Assembly: GCA_963719495.1 (NCBI GenBank)
Contig: CAVRCI010000005.1
Location: 32,001 to 96,000 of the forward strand
Origin: an uncultured Verrucomicrobiae bacterium
Lineage (GTDB): Bacteria > Verrucomicrobiota > Verrucomicrobiia > Chthoniobacterales > JAATET01
DNA length: 64,000 nt
Direction of reading: 5' to 3'
In this document: piece by piece, positions 1 through 9,253 of the stretch
How positions within the stretch are numbered: position 1 is the stretch's first letter
Layout of the letters: every line of letters begins with the position of its first letter
Translations under genes and position numbers: made by a program
The notes under the pieces: model-generated
The model's database searches: none
Told to the model about the DNA's origin: nothing
Seen by the model: the letters and a program-made list of their open reading frames with translations, nothing else

Positions 1-2
1 TC

Positions 3-671
3 CTCCTCGTCTTCATCGTGCCGAAGTTCGAAGCGATCTTCGCGGACATGCTCGGTGGTAAGCCGCTACCGGCGCTCACCCAATTCGTCATCGCCAGTAG
101 TAATCTGGTCAAAAACCACATCCTGCTCATCATCGTGGGCGCGGTGGTTCTCTTCATCATCTACAAGCTCGTCTCCCGCACCGCGAAGGGCGTGATGGCG
201 ATCGACAACATCAAGCTCAAGGCCCCGCTCTTCGGCGACCTCACCCGGAAGAGCGCGATCTCCCGCTTCAGCCGCACGCTCGGCACGCTGGTCACCAGCG
301 GTGTCCCAATCCTCCAAGCTCTCCTCATCACCCGCGAGACCGCGGGCAATACCGTGATCGCCGACGCCATCTCGAAGGTGCACGACGCGGTGAAGGAAGG
401 GGAATCGATCGTCCAGCCGCTCGAAGCCAGCGGCGTCTTCCCACCCATGGTCATCAGCATGATCGACGTCGGTGAAGAGACCGGCCAGCTGCCCGAGATG
501 CTGCTCAAGGTCGCGGAAGTCTACGACGACGAAGTCGACAACGCCGTCCAAGGCCTCACGTCGCTGCTCGAGCCGATCATGATCGTCTTCCTGGCGGTCA
601 TCGTGGGAACGATCGTCATCGCACTCTTCCTGCCGCTCATCAGCATCATTCAAGGGATGCAGGCCCAGTAA
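3..671 (+). CDS. Type II secretion F / PilC family inner-membrane platform protein, 5'-truncated by window edge
   Basis: Frame is open from the window start. GspF motifs RFSRTLGTLVTSGVP, GEETGQL and LLEPIMIV. Confidence 0.93.
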   Translation, partial: LLVFIVPKFEAIFADMLGGKPLPALTQFVIASSNLVKNHILLIIVGAVVLFIIYKLVSRTAKGVMAIDNIKLKAPLFGDLTRKSAISRFSRTLGTLVTSGVPILQALLITRETAGNTVIADAISKVHDAVKEGESIVQPLEASGVFPPMVISMIDVGEETGQLPEMLLKVAEVYDDEVDNAVQGLTSLLEPIMIVFLAVIVGTIVIALFLPLISIIQGMQAQ

Positions 672-691
672 AGTTGGGCTAGATTTCCGAC

Positions 692-1219
692 GTGAAAAGT
701 CTCCCCCCTCCCGTGTTCATCCTCCACCGCAAACGCCGAAACGCGTTCACGCTCATCGAGCTGCTTGTCGTCGTGGCGATCATCGCCATTCTCGCGGGAT
801 TGATCCTGCAAACGTCAGGTTTCGTTCAGGAAAAAGCCGCCACGTCGAGGGCGACCACGGAGATTGCGGCTCTGGAAAGTGCGTTGGAGAGCTACAAGAT
901 CGATAATGGAACTTATCCGGATGGGGACGGTAGCGACGCGTCGACCGGGGAACTCATCCGAGTGCTCATCAAGGATCCGATCGACAACGGCACCAAGATC
1001 TACTTCGAGATCCCAGCCAACATGCTGAACGTCCAAAACAAGAACGACGATTACGACACCAACGTCGCTGCCAGCACTCGACTGATCGATCCTTTCGGGA
1101 ACGCCTACCACTACGAGTTTCCGGGCGATCCCAACCGAAGCGGAGAATTCTTTTTCGACCTCTGGTCGCAGGGCAAGAAGAACTCCGCCGACGAAGTGAA
1201 GTGGATCAAAAATTGGTAA
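692..1219 (+). CDS. gspG: GspG-like pseudopilin
   Basis: Prepilin site RRNA|FTLIELL. C-terminal DPFGNAYHY and FDLWSQG motifs. Follows a GspF gene. Confidence 0.85.
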   Translation: MKSLPPPVFILHRKRRNAFTLIELLVVVAIIAILAGLILQTSGFVQEKAATSRATTEIAALESALESYKIDNGTYPDGDGSDASTGELIRVLIKDPIDNGTKIYFEIPANMLNVQNKNDDYDTNVAASTRLIDPFGNAYHYEFPGDPNRSGEFFFDLWSQGKKNSADEVKWIKNW

Positions 1220-1231
1220 GCGCCCCGCGCT

Positions 1232-1849
1232 TCAGAGTTCCGCGCTGATCTCGGTCCAGGCCGCCATTACGATCTGGGACCAAGTCTCCAGCCGATTCTC
1301 CCGGTTCGACAGTTCGTCAACGGCCAGAAATTCGAGCTGCTCGATCACAGCTTCACCGGCTGTCACCACGTCGGACCGCAGATCGACCAAGTGAACGACC
1401 CCGAGGTGAACCCGGCCTACGTCGCTGCTGTCGTCGTTGATCAGCCCAACGATGCGGTCCGTAAAACCGTCACGAATGACCAGTTCCTCGCCGATCTCGC
1501 GTTCGACCGCCGCCCGATAAGATGAAGTGTCGAAAGTCGGCGTCGACACATCGAAATCGTTGATGTGGCCACCGATGCCCAACGACCCTTTGGCCACCAA
1601 CCGCTGCTCGCCGCCCTTTCCACCCCGCACGTAATGCAGGATGCGGCCCTCGTGACGGAACACCGCGTAGGGAATGATCTGTTTGAGCGAGGGGTCCGTT
1701 TCCACCTCCGACCGCGGCGCGAAGAAATTACTGCCGGGCTGGAAAAACGCCTCCAAATAAGGCTTTGGATCAGCGTGGAACCCTTGAAAACTGCCGATCT
1801 CTTCAAAAAGAGATCGGCGAACGACTAACACATTCTCATCAGCGGACAT
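1232..1849 (-). CDS. Predicted NUDIX-family phosphoesterase
   Basis: ETDPSLKQIIPY, SLGIGGHIN, REIGEEL and VGRVHLG motifs. Confidence 0.8.
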   Translation of the reverse strand: MSADENVLVVRRSLFEEIGSFQGFHADPKPYLEAFFQPGSNFFAPRSEVETDPSLKQIIPYAVFRHEGRILHYVRGGKGGEQRLVAKGSLGIGGHINDFDVSTPTFDTSSYRAAVEREIGEELVIRDGFTDRIVGLINDDSSDVGRVHLGVVHLVDLRSDVVTAGEAVIEQLEFLAVDELSNRENRLETWSQIVMAAWTEISAEL

Positions 1850-2082
1850 GGACCGAGCGTCGCAGGCACCGGCCGGGCCCTAAAAGCCAAATTCTCCCTT
1901 CCGACGGCGATCTTTCGGATTTCCCCTTCGAGCGGAAACGGCGTCAGCGGAGCGAGATCGACGTCGGCCTTGCAAGCGGAGTCACCCGCCAGCGTGCGCG
2001 GAGCGCCCGCTCCACCCGCCGAAATGCGAAGAACGCGGAGACCGCGGGCTCACCTTCATCGGCGAGCAGCCGGAATCCAAAC

Positions 2083-2190
2083 CCGGAGGGCGAGGCTCCT
2101 GCCGAGCCGTGGCTTCTCGCAGCGACGTCCTGCGAGAAATCGGCCGGTTCCAGTGTGGGGCCACGGCTCGGCGGGAGCCTCGCCCTCCGG
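2083..2190. repeat. REP-like doublet, family A (GGAGGGCGAGGCTCCTGCCGAGCCG and its inverse)
   Basis: Arms 2083-2112 and 2161-2190 are near-perfect inverted repeats. The motif recurs at 4741, 7506, 19112, 38346 and 60724. Confidence 0.9.
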
Positions 2191-2220
2191 TTGGGACCGG
2201 TTGGGACGGGTTGGGACGGG
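2191..2220. repeat. 10-bp tandem repeat (TTGGGAC[CG]GG)x3
   Basis: ttgggaccgg ttgggacggg ttgggacggg read directly. Confidence 0.85.
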
Positions 2221-2309
2221 CTTTGGGAGACAAGAAAATCTGACGTGAGGACGGTGATGCCGCCTGATCGCCGCATATTGCCAGCCGGGCAGCCACGTAG
2301 CTGGCGCAA

Positions 2310-3284
2310 TCAATCGAGCCCGAACGCGATCGTCGCCGCGTTCCGCCTTGCCTGCTCGATTTGCTCGCCGCTGAGTCCCGCTTCGACCGCGGCGACGTTC
2401 AGTTCGTGGTCGAGATCGATCGCGCTGATGCCCGGGTCGTCCGTGTTGATGGTCGCCAGCAGCCCGGCTTCCAGGAAAGCTTTAAGCGGGTGACTGGCGT
2501 AATCCGGCACGGTGCTCGTCTGCACGTTCGACGTGAGACAGCACTCGAGGCCAATCTTGTTTTCCAGCAGGTATTCCATGAGCCGGGGATCTTCGAGCGC
2601 CCGCACGCCGTGACCGATGCGGGTCGCGCCCAGCATCCGGATCGCCGTCCAGATTCCCTCCGGCCCACCGGCCTCGCCGGCGTGGACGGTCACCGCCCAA
2701 CCGACGTCCCGCGCCTTCCCGAAGTGTTCGGCGAAAAGCTCGGGCGGAAATTGCGCTTCGTCTCCCGCCAGATCCAAGGCCGTGATGTCCTGCCAGTGGG
2801 CGAGCAGCGCCTCGAGCTCCGTCCAGCCCGACCCGACTCCATACGTCCGGCTGATGATCCCGATCAGCTTCACCTTCACGCCGAACTTCTCAACCCCCGC
2901 CCGCACTCCATCGATCACCGCCTCGACGACCGCCCGCGGGCTGAGACCGTGGGGCTTCGCCATGAAGACCGGGCTGAAGCGCAGCTCGACGTAATCCAAT
3001 CCCTCACGTTTGGCGTCCTCGACGTTTTCGTAGGCAACGCGGCGGCAGGCCTCGGCGTTGACAAGCACGCCAACCATCCAGCGAAACTTATCGAGAAAAG
3101 CCATGAGACCCGGCTGCGGCGTCGAAATTTGCACGTGGGGCCGGAGTCCCTCCAACGTTTTCGCCGGGAGGCCGAGGTCGTGTTTGTCCCCCAGCTCGAG
3201 GATGGTCTCCAGGCGGATCGAACCGTCTAAATGACGGTGCAAATCGATTTTCGGAATCAAGTTTTCGGCCACGCCGTCACTCAA
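2310..3284 (-). CDS. add: Adenosine deaminase
   Basis: [27 protein letters not shown] and INTDDP motifs. Confidence 0.93.
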   Translation of the reverse strand: MSDGVAENLIPKIDLHRHLDGSIRLETILELGDKHDLGLPAKTLEGLRPHVQISTPQPGLMAFLDKFRWMVGVLVNAEACRRVAYENVEDAKREGLDYVELRFSPVFMAKPHGLSPRAVVEAVIDGVRAGVEKFGVKVKLIGIISRTYGVGSGWTELEALLAHWQDITALDLAGDEAQFPPELFAEHFGKARDVGWAVTVHAGEAGGPEGIWTAIRMLGATRIGHGVRALEDPRLMEYLLENKIGLECCLTSNVQTSTVPDYASHPLKAFLEAGLLATINTDDPGISAIDLDHELNVAAVEAGLSGEQIEQARRNAATIAFGLD

Positions 3285-3391
3285 CGCCTTTCATCCCGGC
3301 GACGCAAGTCGAGGCGGGCCCCGGGGAGCCGCGCAAATCGGCTCTGCGCGAATCGGGGTCGACGCCAAACCTCACGATTACAGAGACGCTC

Positions 3392-3475
3392 GTAGCGACG
3401 GTCTGTGCCGACGTCCAAGCCCCGCGGATGATCGTCCGTTGAGAAGATCAGCGGCGGCCGCAGACGCGCCGCTAC
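3392..3475. repeat. Degenerate GTAG-type REP doublet, family B
   Basis: GTAGCGACGGTCTGTG ... CAGACGCGCCGCTAC resembles the copy at 8023-8112. Confidence 0.7.
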
Positions 3476-3594
3476 ATTCGACGTGGAGACTCCGCGAGCG
3501 AGCCGGACACCTATTTTTTCGGGTATAGAAGTCGTCCAGCAATAACTTGATACTTCTCTAGGTTGGGCAAACTTTTGGTTGTGGCCGAACTTTG

Positions 3595-3833
3595 ATCGAG
3601 CATCGGCTCTTCTGTCACATCACCCAGAACTGGCGGGGCAAAGCCCTCGTCAGCCACGAAGTCGTCGTCGAACTCATCGCCGCGACAACCACCCGGGCTG
3701 GCCTCAAAGTCAGGGCCGAGGCCGATCAATCGCACCATCGAACCAAGCTCAAACCCACCCCCGAGCAAACGGCCTCCATCCGCATGACCCGCAATGATTT
3801 TCACGGGGAATGGACTACACCATCAGCCCTTCA
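3595..3833 (+). pseudogene. ISAzo13-family (DDE_Tnp_ISAZ013) transposase C-terminal remnant
   Basis: IEHRLFCHITQNWRGKALVSHEVVVELIAATTTRAGLKV...DFHGEW, then YTISP in a shifted frame. The N-terminal part is absent. Confidence 0.85.
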
Positions 3834-3924
3834 CAGCTGTTTTGTATCAGGTTCCTTCTGGAACGATGCCTTTAAGCAGTGCCATTCCGGACTTGAGACC
3901 CCTTAGACGGCTCCAGCCGCCGAC

Positions 3925-4040
3925 GGGGAGCGCACGCGTCCGCGCGTGCGAGCTGCGGCGTCCCGCCGCAGCAACTCGGCAAATCGATTAAAGCGAGAGA
4001 GCCGCCCACTCAAGGAGCGGCGATTTGCAATCGTCGGACC
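3925..4040. repeat. ~115-bp composite repeat ending in a family C palindrome (GGAGCGGCGATTTGCAATCGTCG)
   Basis: Near-identical to 48798-48914. Confidence 0.88.
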
Positions 4041-4085
4041 CACCCCACGACGAAACCGCAAATATTGCCCTTGAAGCAATCGTGG

Positions 4086-4114
4086 TTGACTGCCGAGCAA
4101 CCAACTTCCATTCT
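4086..4114 (+). promoter_or_regulatory. Putative sigma70 promoter
   Basis: TTGACT-17 nt-CATTCT, ending 6 nt before GTG 4121. Confidence 0.45.
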
Positions 4115-4120
4115 TCTCCC

Positions 4121-4693
4121 GTGAAATTCCCGCTCGCCGTCGCCGCACTAGCCATCCTCCTAGCCACCACCGCCCCGGCCGCTCTTGTCTTCCAGCTCGA
4201 CCCCGCTCTCGAAACGTTCACCCTCACCGGTTCCGACACCGGAACGCCGAATCCCCCAAGTTCCAGCGGCAGCCGGAGTGCGTGGTCGAGTTTGTTCAAC
4301 CTCACCGACGCGTCGAACACCAACCTCGCGATCACGTCGGCCGTGGGCGCCGACAGCGGCATCGCTTTCTCGCCGACCTCCTTCTTGCGGATTCAGGGGG
4401 GTGCCACGACGCCGGGTTACGTGATCGAAATCTTCACCGGCAACAGCAACACGCAAACCATCACGGGCAACGGGACTCCCATCAGTTACGCGGGCCTCGG
4501 CGCTGACCAGAAATCCGACTTGGAGCGATTCGTCGCGAGCCCGAACAACGGGCAATTCATGCTGGCAGCCGGCAATAACTTTTCGGCGATCACCACCCAG
4601 GCCGTGCCCGAGCCGTCGACGGTGGCGTTCCTAGCCATTTCGCTGATGGCGATCGTCGGGGTTTCCGCCTGGCGACGGCGGGGTGCCTCGTAG
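4121..4693 (+). CDS. PEP-CTERM sorting-domain surface protein
   Basis: Signal peptide MKFPLAVAALAILLATTAPA. C-terminal VPEPST, TM helix and WRRR. Confidence 0.92.
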   Translation: MKFPLAVAALAILLATTAPAALVFQLDPALETFTLTGSDTGTPNPPSSSGSRSAWSSLFNLTDASNTNLAITSAVGADSGIAFSPTSFLRIQGGATTPGYVIEIFTGNSNTQTITGNGTPISYAGLGADQKSDLERFVASPNNGQFMLAAGNNFSAITTQAVPEPSTVAFLAISLMAIVGVSAWRRRGAS

Positions 4694-4740
4694 GGACAGG
4701 GGTTACGACGCACTGCTGAGCCGGAGGCCTCCCCCAATCT

Positions 4741-4825
4741 GGAGGGCGAGGCTCTGCCGAGCCGTTGCCTTCACTGGAATCGTTGCCGCCACGCAAAAGC
4801 ACGGCTCGGCAAAGCCTCGCCCTCC
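4741..4825. repeat. REP-like doublet, family A, between convergent genes
   Basis: Arms 4741-4764 and 4802-4825. Confidence 0.9.
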
Positions 4826-4852
4826 CCAAGTTGGGAATCGCCGCGCGATATT

Positions 4853-7057
4853 CTACGCGGTAGCGACCGCCGTGTAGCTGAGGCACGCGATCTCTTCGAG
4901 CGTCGTTTGGCCGCCGAGGACCTGAATCAGCCCTTCCTGATACAACGACAACACCCCCTCGCGGTTCGCCACCTTCCGCATCTCACTCTGCGGCGCGTTC
5001 CGCGCAATCATGTCGGAAATCTCTCCGCCGACCTCGCACATTTCCATGAGAGCCACCCGACCCGCGTAACCCGTCTCCGCGCACTCCGGACATCCTCCCG
5101 GCAGGTAGAACAGACTCTGGTCCCCCGCCACCACAACCCCGTTCCGTCCAAACCGCTCGCGCATCTCCTCCGTGATCTCCGCCGGGCGTTTGCAATGCGG
5201 ACAAAGCCGCCGCACGAGCCGCTGCGCCTGCGAGAGGGCAAGGGAGTCCGCCAGCAGATACGGCGCGACGCCCATGGAGATCAGGCGCGAGACGGCGCGC
5301 AGCGAATCGTTCGCGTGCAGCGTCGTGAGCACCAAGTGCCCGGTGAGCGCGGCGTTCACCGCCGCCGAGGCCGTCTCTTCATCGCGCGACTCCCCGATGA
5401 GAATGACGTCCGGGTCCGCTCGCAAAATGCGCCGCAGTCCCTCACCGAAATCAATCCCGTTGATCGGGTCGATCTGGGTCTGATTGATCCCCTCGATCTC
5501 GTATTCGATCGGATCCTCGATCGTGTGAATGTTGATCGACTCGTTGTTGATGCTGTTGATGAACGCATACAGCGACGTCGTCTTTCCGCTGCCGGTCGGC
5601 CCGGTGACGAGCACGAGACCCTGATCGCGAGTGAGCGTGTTCTTCACGATACCGGATTGGCGCGCGGACAGGTTCAGCTCGCTCAACTCCTTCACGCCAT
5701 CGCGTTTGTCCAGGAAGCGGATCGTGATTTTTTGCAATTCCTTGCTGCACGGGATCGCCGAGACGCGGCAATCGATCCGCCGCTGTCCGATCCGCATCCC
5801 GAAGCGCCCGTCCTCCGCCGTCTGCCGGCGCTGACCCATGTTCGAGTAATTTTTCAACAGACTCACCAGCCGCGGCAGGAGGTCCTCCGAGCACGAGTGG
5901 ATGAGATTGAGCTCCCCGTCGATCCGCGCCCGCAGCCGCGCGGTGTTGAAATACTTTTCCACGTGCAGATCACTCGCGCCCTGCGACGCCGCTCGGTAGA
6001 GGACCCATTGGACGATCTGCTCGGGCGTCGTGTTGATGTTCTCCGGATTGATCCGCTGCATCTCGCCCGGATCGATTTCCACGACGTTCGCGTCGTCCGA
6101 GTAGATCAGCTCCCGCTCCGCGACCTCGGCTCCGCCCGCCACGGCGCGGCCGCGATTTCGGTTGATCGCTTCGCGGATGCCCTCCGCGTCGGCGAGCACG
6201 TTGATGATCCGCACCGCATCCTGACCGCTGGACAACCATTCGTCCTCGAACGTGTAGTTGTCGCGGTCCGACGCCAGCAGGTAGATGACCCGCTTGCCGA
6301 TGTAGAGCGGGTAAACCGTGTGCTTCTCGAGCAGCACGTCCGGAAAGATCTCCTGCGCCGGGGTGAGTTCCGGCGCAAAAATCGGCTTTCCGGTCGTCAA
6401 ATAATTAAAAGCCGGCCCATGACTCGGCGGCAGCAGCCGGTAATCGCCGACCCGCCGCATGTCGATCTCGCCGAAGGAATGCTCGCTCTGCCGCAGCTTT
6501 TCCGCGTCGCCCTCCGACATCGGGTAGTTTGCCAGCATCCACCGCGTTGCCGTCCGCAATCCCGTGTTCCGCTCCGGCCCCTCGACGCCCTCGACCGGGC
6601 TCGTGGCCGCCAGCGGCGTCATCCGCACCCGCTCCATCACGTCGCCCAGCAGCCGTTCGTATTGCGCCCGCCCGACGAGCACCCGCTCGAAGAGGTAATG
6701 CGGCATCCCCCACGACTCGACCGTCGACGGATCGTAGTGCGCGCAGAGCAGCACCGGCCCGACCGCGCCGAATGGCAACCAGGGAGCGTCCGCGTCGCTC
6801 GCCCGCGCCACTTTTCGAAAAATCTGCTCCGCCCGCGTCGAGCACGCCGCCCGCGTGAGATCGTAGGGCACCATCGAGAATTTCTCGGCCAGCCACTCGA
6901 GCGCTTCGTCCGCGCCCACGCCGTTCGAAGCCGCGATCGTTTCGACGAAAAGATCCCCCTCCCGCGAGGCGGCCGGGGGACAAAACAACCCCCGCTCCTC
7001 GAGCAATCCGCTCAACCGCGAGGTGGGGAATTCGACTTCTTTCGCTTCGACCTGCAA
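4853..7057 (-). CDS. GspE/PilB family assembly ATPase (start uncertain)
   Basis: ASDLHVE, Walker A GPTGSGKTT, TIEDPIEY, LRADPDVILIGE, TGHLVLTTLH and a CPHC...CPEC Zn motif. Confidence 0.93.
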   Translation of the reverse strand: MQVEAKEVEFPTSRLSGLLEERGLFCPPAASREGDLFVETIAASNGVGADEALEWLAEKFSMVPYDLTRAACSTRAEQIFRKVARASDADAPWLPFGAVGPVLLCAHYDPSTVESWGMPHYLFERVLVGRAQYERLLGDVMERVRMTPLAATSPVEGVEGPERNTGLRTATRWMLANYPMSEGDAEKLRQSEHSFGEIDMRRVGDYRLLPPSHGPAFNYLTTGKPIFAPELTPAQEIFPDVLLEKHTVYPLYIGKRVIYLLASDRDNYTFEDEWLSSGQDAVRIINVLADAEGIREAINRNRGRAVAGGAEVAERELIYSDDANVVEIDPGEMQRINPENINTTPEQIVQWVLYRAASQGASDLHVEKYFNTARLRARIDGELNLIHSCSEDLLPRLVSLLKNYSNMGQRRQTAEDGRFGMRIGQRRIDCRVSAIPCSKELQKITIRFLDKRDGVKELSELNLSARQSGIVKNTLTRDQGLVLVTGPTGSGKTTSLYAFINSINNESINIHTIEDPIEYEIEGINQTQIDPINGIDFGEGLRRILRADPDVILIGESRDEETASAAVNAALTGHLVLTTLHANDSLRAVSRLISMGVAPYLLADSLALSQAQRLVRRLCPHCKRPAEITEEMRERFGRNGVVVAGDQSLFYLPGGCPECAETGYAGRVALMEMCEVGGEISDMIARNAPQSEMRKVANREGVLSLYQEGLIQVLGGQTTLEEIACLSYTAVATA

Positions 7058-7084
7058 GACTCCGGCAGTGTTGCGCCAAACCCC

Positions 7085-7651
7085 CTACGGCGCAACCACG
7101 ATCCCGGCCCCCGCGACCCCCACGTCCAGCGCTTTGAAGAACTTCCCCGTCCACTGCAACCGCACGACGTTAGGATCACTCGAACCCACTGCCGTGAATT
7201 CCGTGGGGACAAACGGCGATCCCGGGACGTCCGCGACCGGCGTCTTGAGGAGCATCAGCACCGCCTCCTCGTCCGCGAATCCGCTCGCCGCCGCGTTCGG
7301 CACCGTCTCCACGACCTGCCCGTAGTGCGTGACCGCCCGGTTGAGGAATTCCATCGCGTCCCCCGACACGCCGGACTTCGCGGCCGACAACAGCCCGCCG
7401 AGCCGCGGGATCGCGATCGCCGCCAGGATCCCGATCACCGCGATCGTCACCAACATCTCCGGCAACGAAAACCCCCTCCGGCCAGCGGCAGCTCGTCCCA
7501 AATCCGGAGGGCGAGGCTCCGCCAAGCCGTGATCTCCACGCGACGGTCGCAGCGTTTTCAGTCCACACCGTCCCGCAAGGCGCACGCCAACCACGGAAGC
7601 CACGGCTCGGCGGAGCCTCGCCCTCCGATCTGGGGACACGCTTCGCGGCAT
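7085..7651 (-). CDS. Type IV pilin-like protein with a 60-aa leader containing a family A REP
   Basis: RRG|FSLPEMLV motif. ATG at 7651 lies just after the upstream TGA at 7654-7656. Confidence 0.85.
   Translation of the reverse strand: MPRSVSPDRRARLRRAVASVVGVRLAGRCGLKTLRPSRGDHGLAEPRPPDLGRAAAGRRGFSLPEMLVTIAVIGILAAIAIPRLGGLLSAAKSGVSGDAMEFLNRAVTHYGQVVETVPNAAASGFADEEAVLMLLKTPVADVPGSPFVPTEFTAVGSSDPNVVRLQWTGKFFKALDVGVAGAGIVVAP
7505..7627. repeat. REP-like doublet, family A, inside a prepilin leader
   Basis: Arms 7505-7529 and 7603-7627. Confidence 0.9.
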
Positions 7652-7653
7652 AC

Positions 7654-8136
7654 TCAATAGGGCACGGCCGCCCCGCCCTTGGTCAGGTCCAGCTTGCGCA
7701 GCGTCAACACGTCATTCGGCAGATCCATTCCGTAGCCGCCCGGCACGTATCCCGCCAACGTCGCCGGTGCGAACGCCAGATAGGGCGCGGCCAACGCGTA
7801 GCGAGCCGGGTCGTCGGTTGCCCCCGACCACGCGCTGTTCGCGACCGATTTTCCTTTCGCCTGAACGAACGCCGCCGTCGCCAGATTGAGCGCCTCCGCC
7901 CGGGCGATCGCCAGGTGCGTTTCGCTGTCGTCCTTCACTTGCACGATGTTCGGAATCGCCAGGAATACGATCACGCCCACCAAAGCCACCGCCACGAGGA
8001 CCTCGACCAACGAAAACCCGGTGTAGCGGCGGTCTGTGACCGCCGCACTTCTCGTCGACAGCTTGTCGAGCGTTCCCGCTTCACGTCCCCGGCGCTCACA
8101 GAGCGCCGCTACAGGCAAATGCGACCATTCCCTCAT
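7654..8136 (-). CDS. Type IV pilin-like protein with a 40-aa leader containing a family B REP
   Basis: YTG|FSLVEVLV motif. ATGA overlap with the upstream stop at 8133-8136. Confidence 0.88.
   Translation of the reverse strand: MREWSHLPVAALCERRGREAGTLDKLSTRSAAVTDRRYTGFSLVEVLVAVALVGVIVFLAIPNIVQVKDDSETHLAIARAEALNLATAAFVQAKGKSVANSAWSGATDDPARYALAAPYLAFAPATLAGYVPGGYGMDLPNDVLTLRKLDLTKGGAAVPY
8023..8112. repeat. GTAG-type REP doublet, family B, inside a prepilin leader
   Basis: GTAGCGGCGGTCTGTGACCGCCG ... CGGCGCTCACAGAGCGCCGCTAC. Confidence 0.9.
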
Positions 8137-8567
8137 GGCCCGACCTGCACCTTGGGGTAGCTCCCCGCCGTCCACGTGGAAAACGTGACGTATTTACCCG
8201 TTTTCTCCATCGCGTCCGTGTTGAGCGCATCGCCGATCGTCGCGTGAGCTTTCAATTGATCTTTCGTCGACTTCGAGATGTAGGGCTCAATCAGGGCAAC
8301 CTTCTGCGCCACGGTTGTCTGCGCCTCGTAGAACGACCTCGCCGCATCGAGACTTCCCCGGCCCGTGACCGAACTCGCCTTGGAAACCCAGGTATTGAGC
8401 GCCTCCTGCAGCACCGCCTGCTGCTGCTTGACGACCACGCCCCGCGCATCCTGCGTCGCATTCGCGAACGAGGCGACCACCATGGACGCCATCACGCCGA
8501 TGATCGCGATTACGATGATCAACTCGATCAACGAAAACGCCCGGAAAGTTGTTGAGCCGATTTTCAT
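8133..8567 (-). CDS. Type IV pilin-like protein
   Basis: FRA|FSLIELIIVIAIIG motif with a 10-aa leader. Confidence 0.9.
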   Translation of the reverse strand: MKIGSTTFRAFSLIELIIVIAIIGVMASMVVASFANATQDARGVVVKQQQAVLQEALNTWVSKASSVTGRGSLDAARSFYEAQTTVAQKVALIEPYISKSTKDQLKAHATIGDALNTDAMEKTGKYVTFSTWTAGSYPKVQVGP

Positions 8568-8582
8568 GAAACCTTTCGCCGC

Positions 8583-8611
8583 AAAAGCCCCCGGCGTTTC
8601 CGCCGGAGGCT
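8583..8611 (-). terminator. Rho-independent terminator/attenuator after the putative major pilin
   Basis: Minus strand reads AGCCTCCGGCG-GAAA-CGCCGGGGGCT-TTT. Confidence 0.75.
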
Positions 8612-8645
8612 GGTGCGTTACAACGGGGTTGTTTCCCGGTGCAAA

Positions 8646-9062
8646 TTAATCGGCGGTGCCGCCACCTCCCTTTACGTAAGAAAAACCACTTCCAGCAGCG
8701 TAGTTGAGATATTGACGAACATTTGCGTCGTAATCTCCTACCGCCATGTCCAGTTTGTATGAATCCCCGGCAATATCTGGCGTGTCAGCGTCGACCACTC
8801 CAGCGATCATTTTTGTGACAGCCAAAGTCCCTGTACCCTCAGTGAAAGGATACCCCGCGGCACGCGCCGTCGAAGAAACCGAGGCAATCGTTTGTGCGTT
8901 CCGCTGATCGCTCGCAGTATTTGCACCACTGGTCAGCCCAGCAATATTCGGAATGGCGATCGCCGCGATGATACCGATGACGGCGATGACGACGAGGAGT
9001 TCGATCAAGCTGAAGCCCTTGCGGAGTGCAGCTTTCATTCTGAGTGGCGATTTTGTTTTCAT
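8646..9062 (-). CDS. Putative major type IV pilin
   Basis: RKG|FSLIELLVVIAVIGIIAAIAIP motif. Has its own upstream intergenic region and a downstream terminator. Confidence 0.88.
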   Translation of the reverse strand: MKTKSPLRMKAALRKGFSLIELLVVIAVIGIIAAIAIPNIAGLTSGANTASDQRNAQTIASVSSTARAAGYPFTEGTGTLAVTKMIAGVVDADTPDIAGDSYKLDMAVGDYDANVRQYLNYAAGSGFSYVKGGGGTAD

Positions 9063-9253
9063 GTGGTTTTGGTTTGTTGGTTGAGGTTTTTCCTAACGCA
9101 ACGAAGAATCCACCACACGAAACCATGCGTCGAGTCAGGGAATCCCCTATTTTCTCATAGGGAAACCCTGTAGCGCCTCAGAAGCAACCAACCCTGGAAC
9201 CGGCTCCAGCCGATCACCAACCCACAGCGCGAAGCGCCTGCCACCTCAACGCA

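Noticed and set aside
1944..2313. Several short ORFs in the add-NUDIX gap
   Set aside because: Translations of REP and tandem repeats with no protein motifs.
4907..7660. 917-aa plus-strand ORF, and similar long antisense ORFs (31593-34382, 38407-40134, 26862-28976)
   Set aside because: Shadow ORFs opposite well-supported genes, expected in high-GC DNA.
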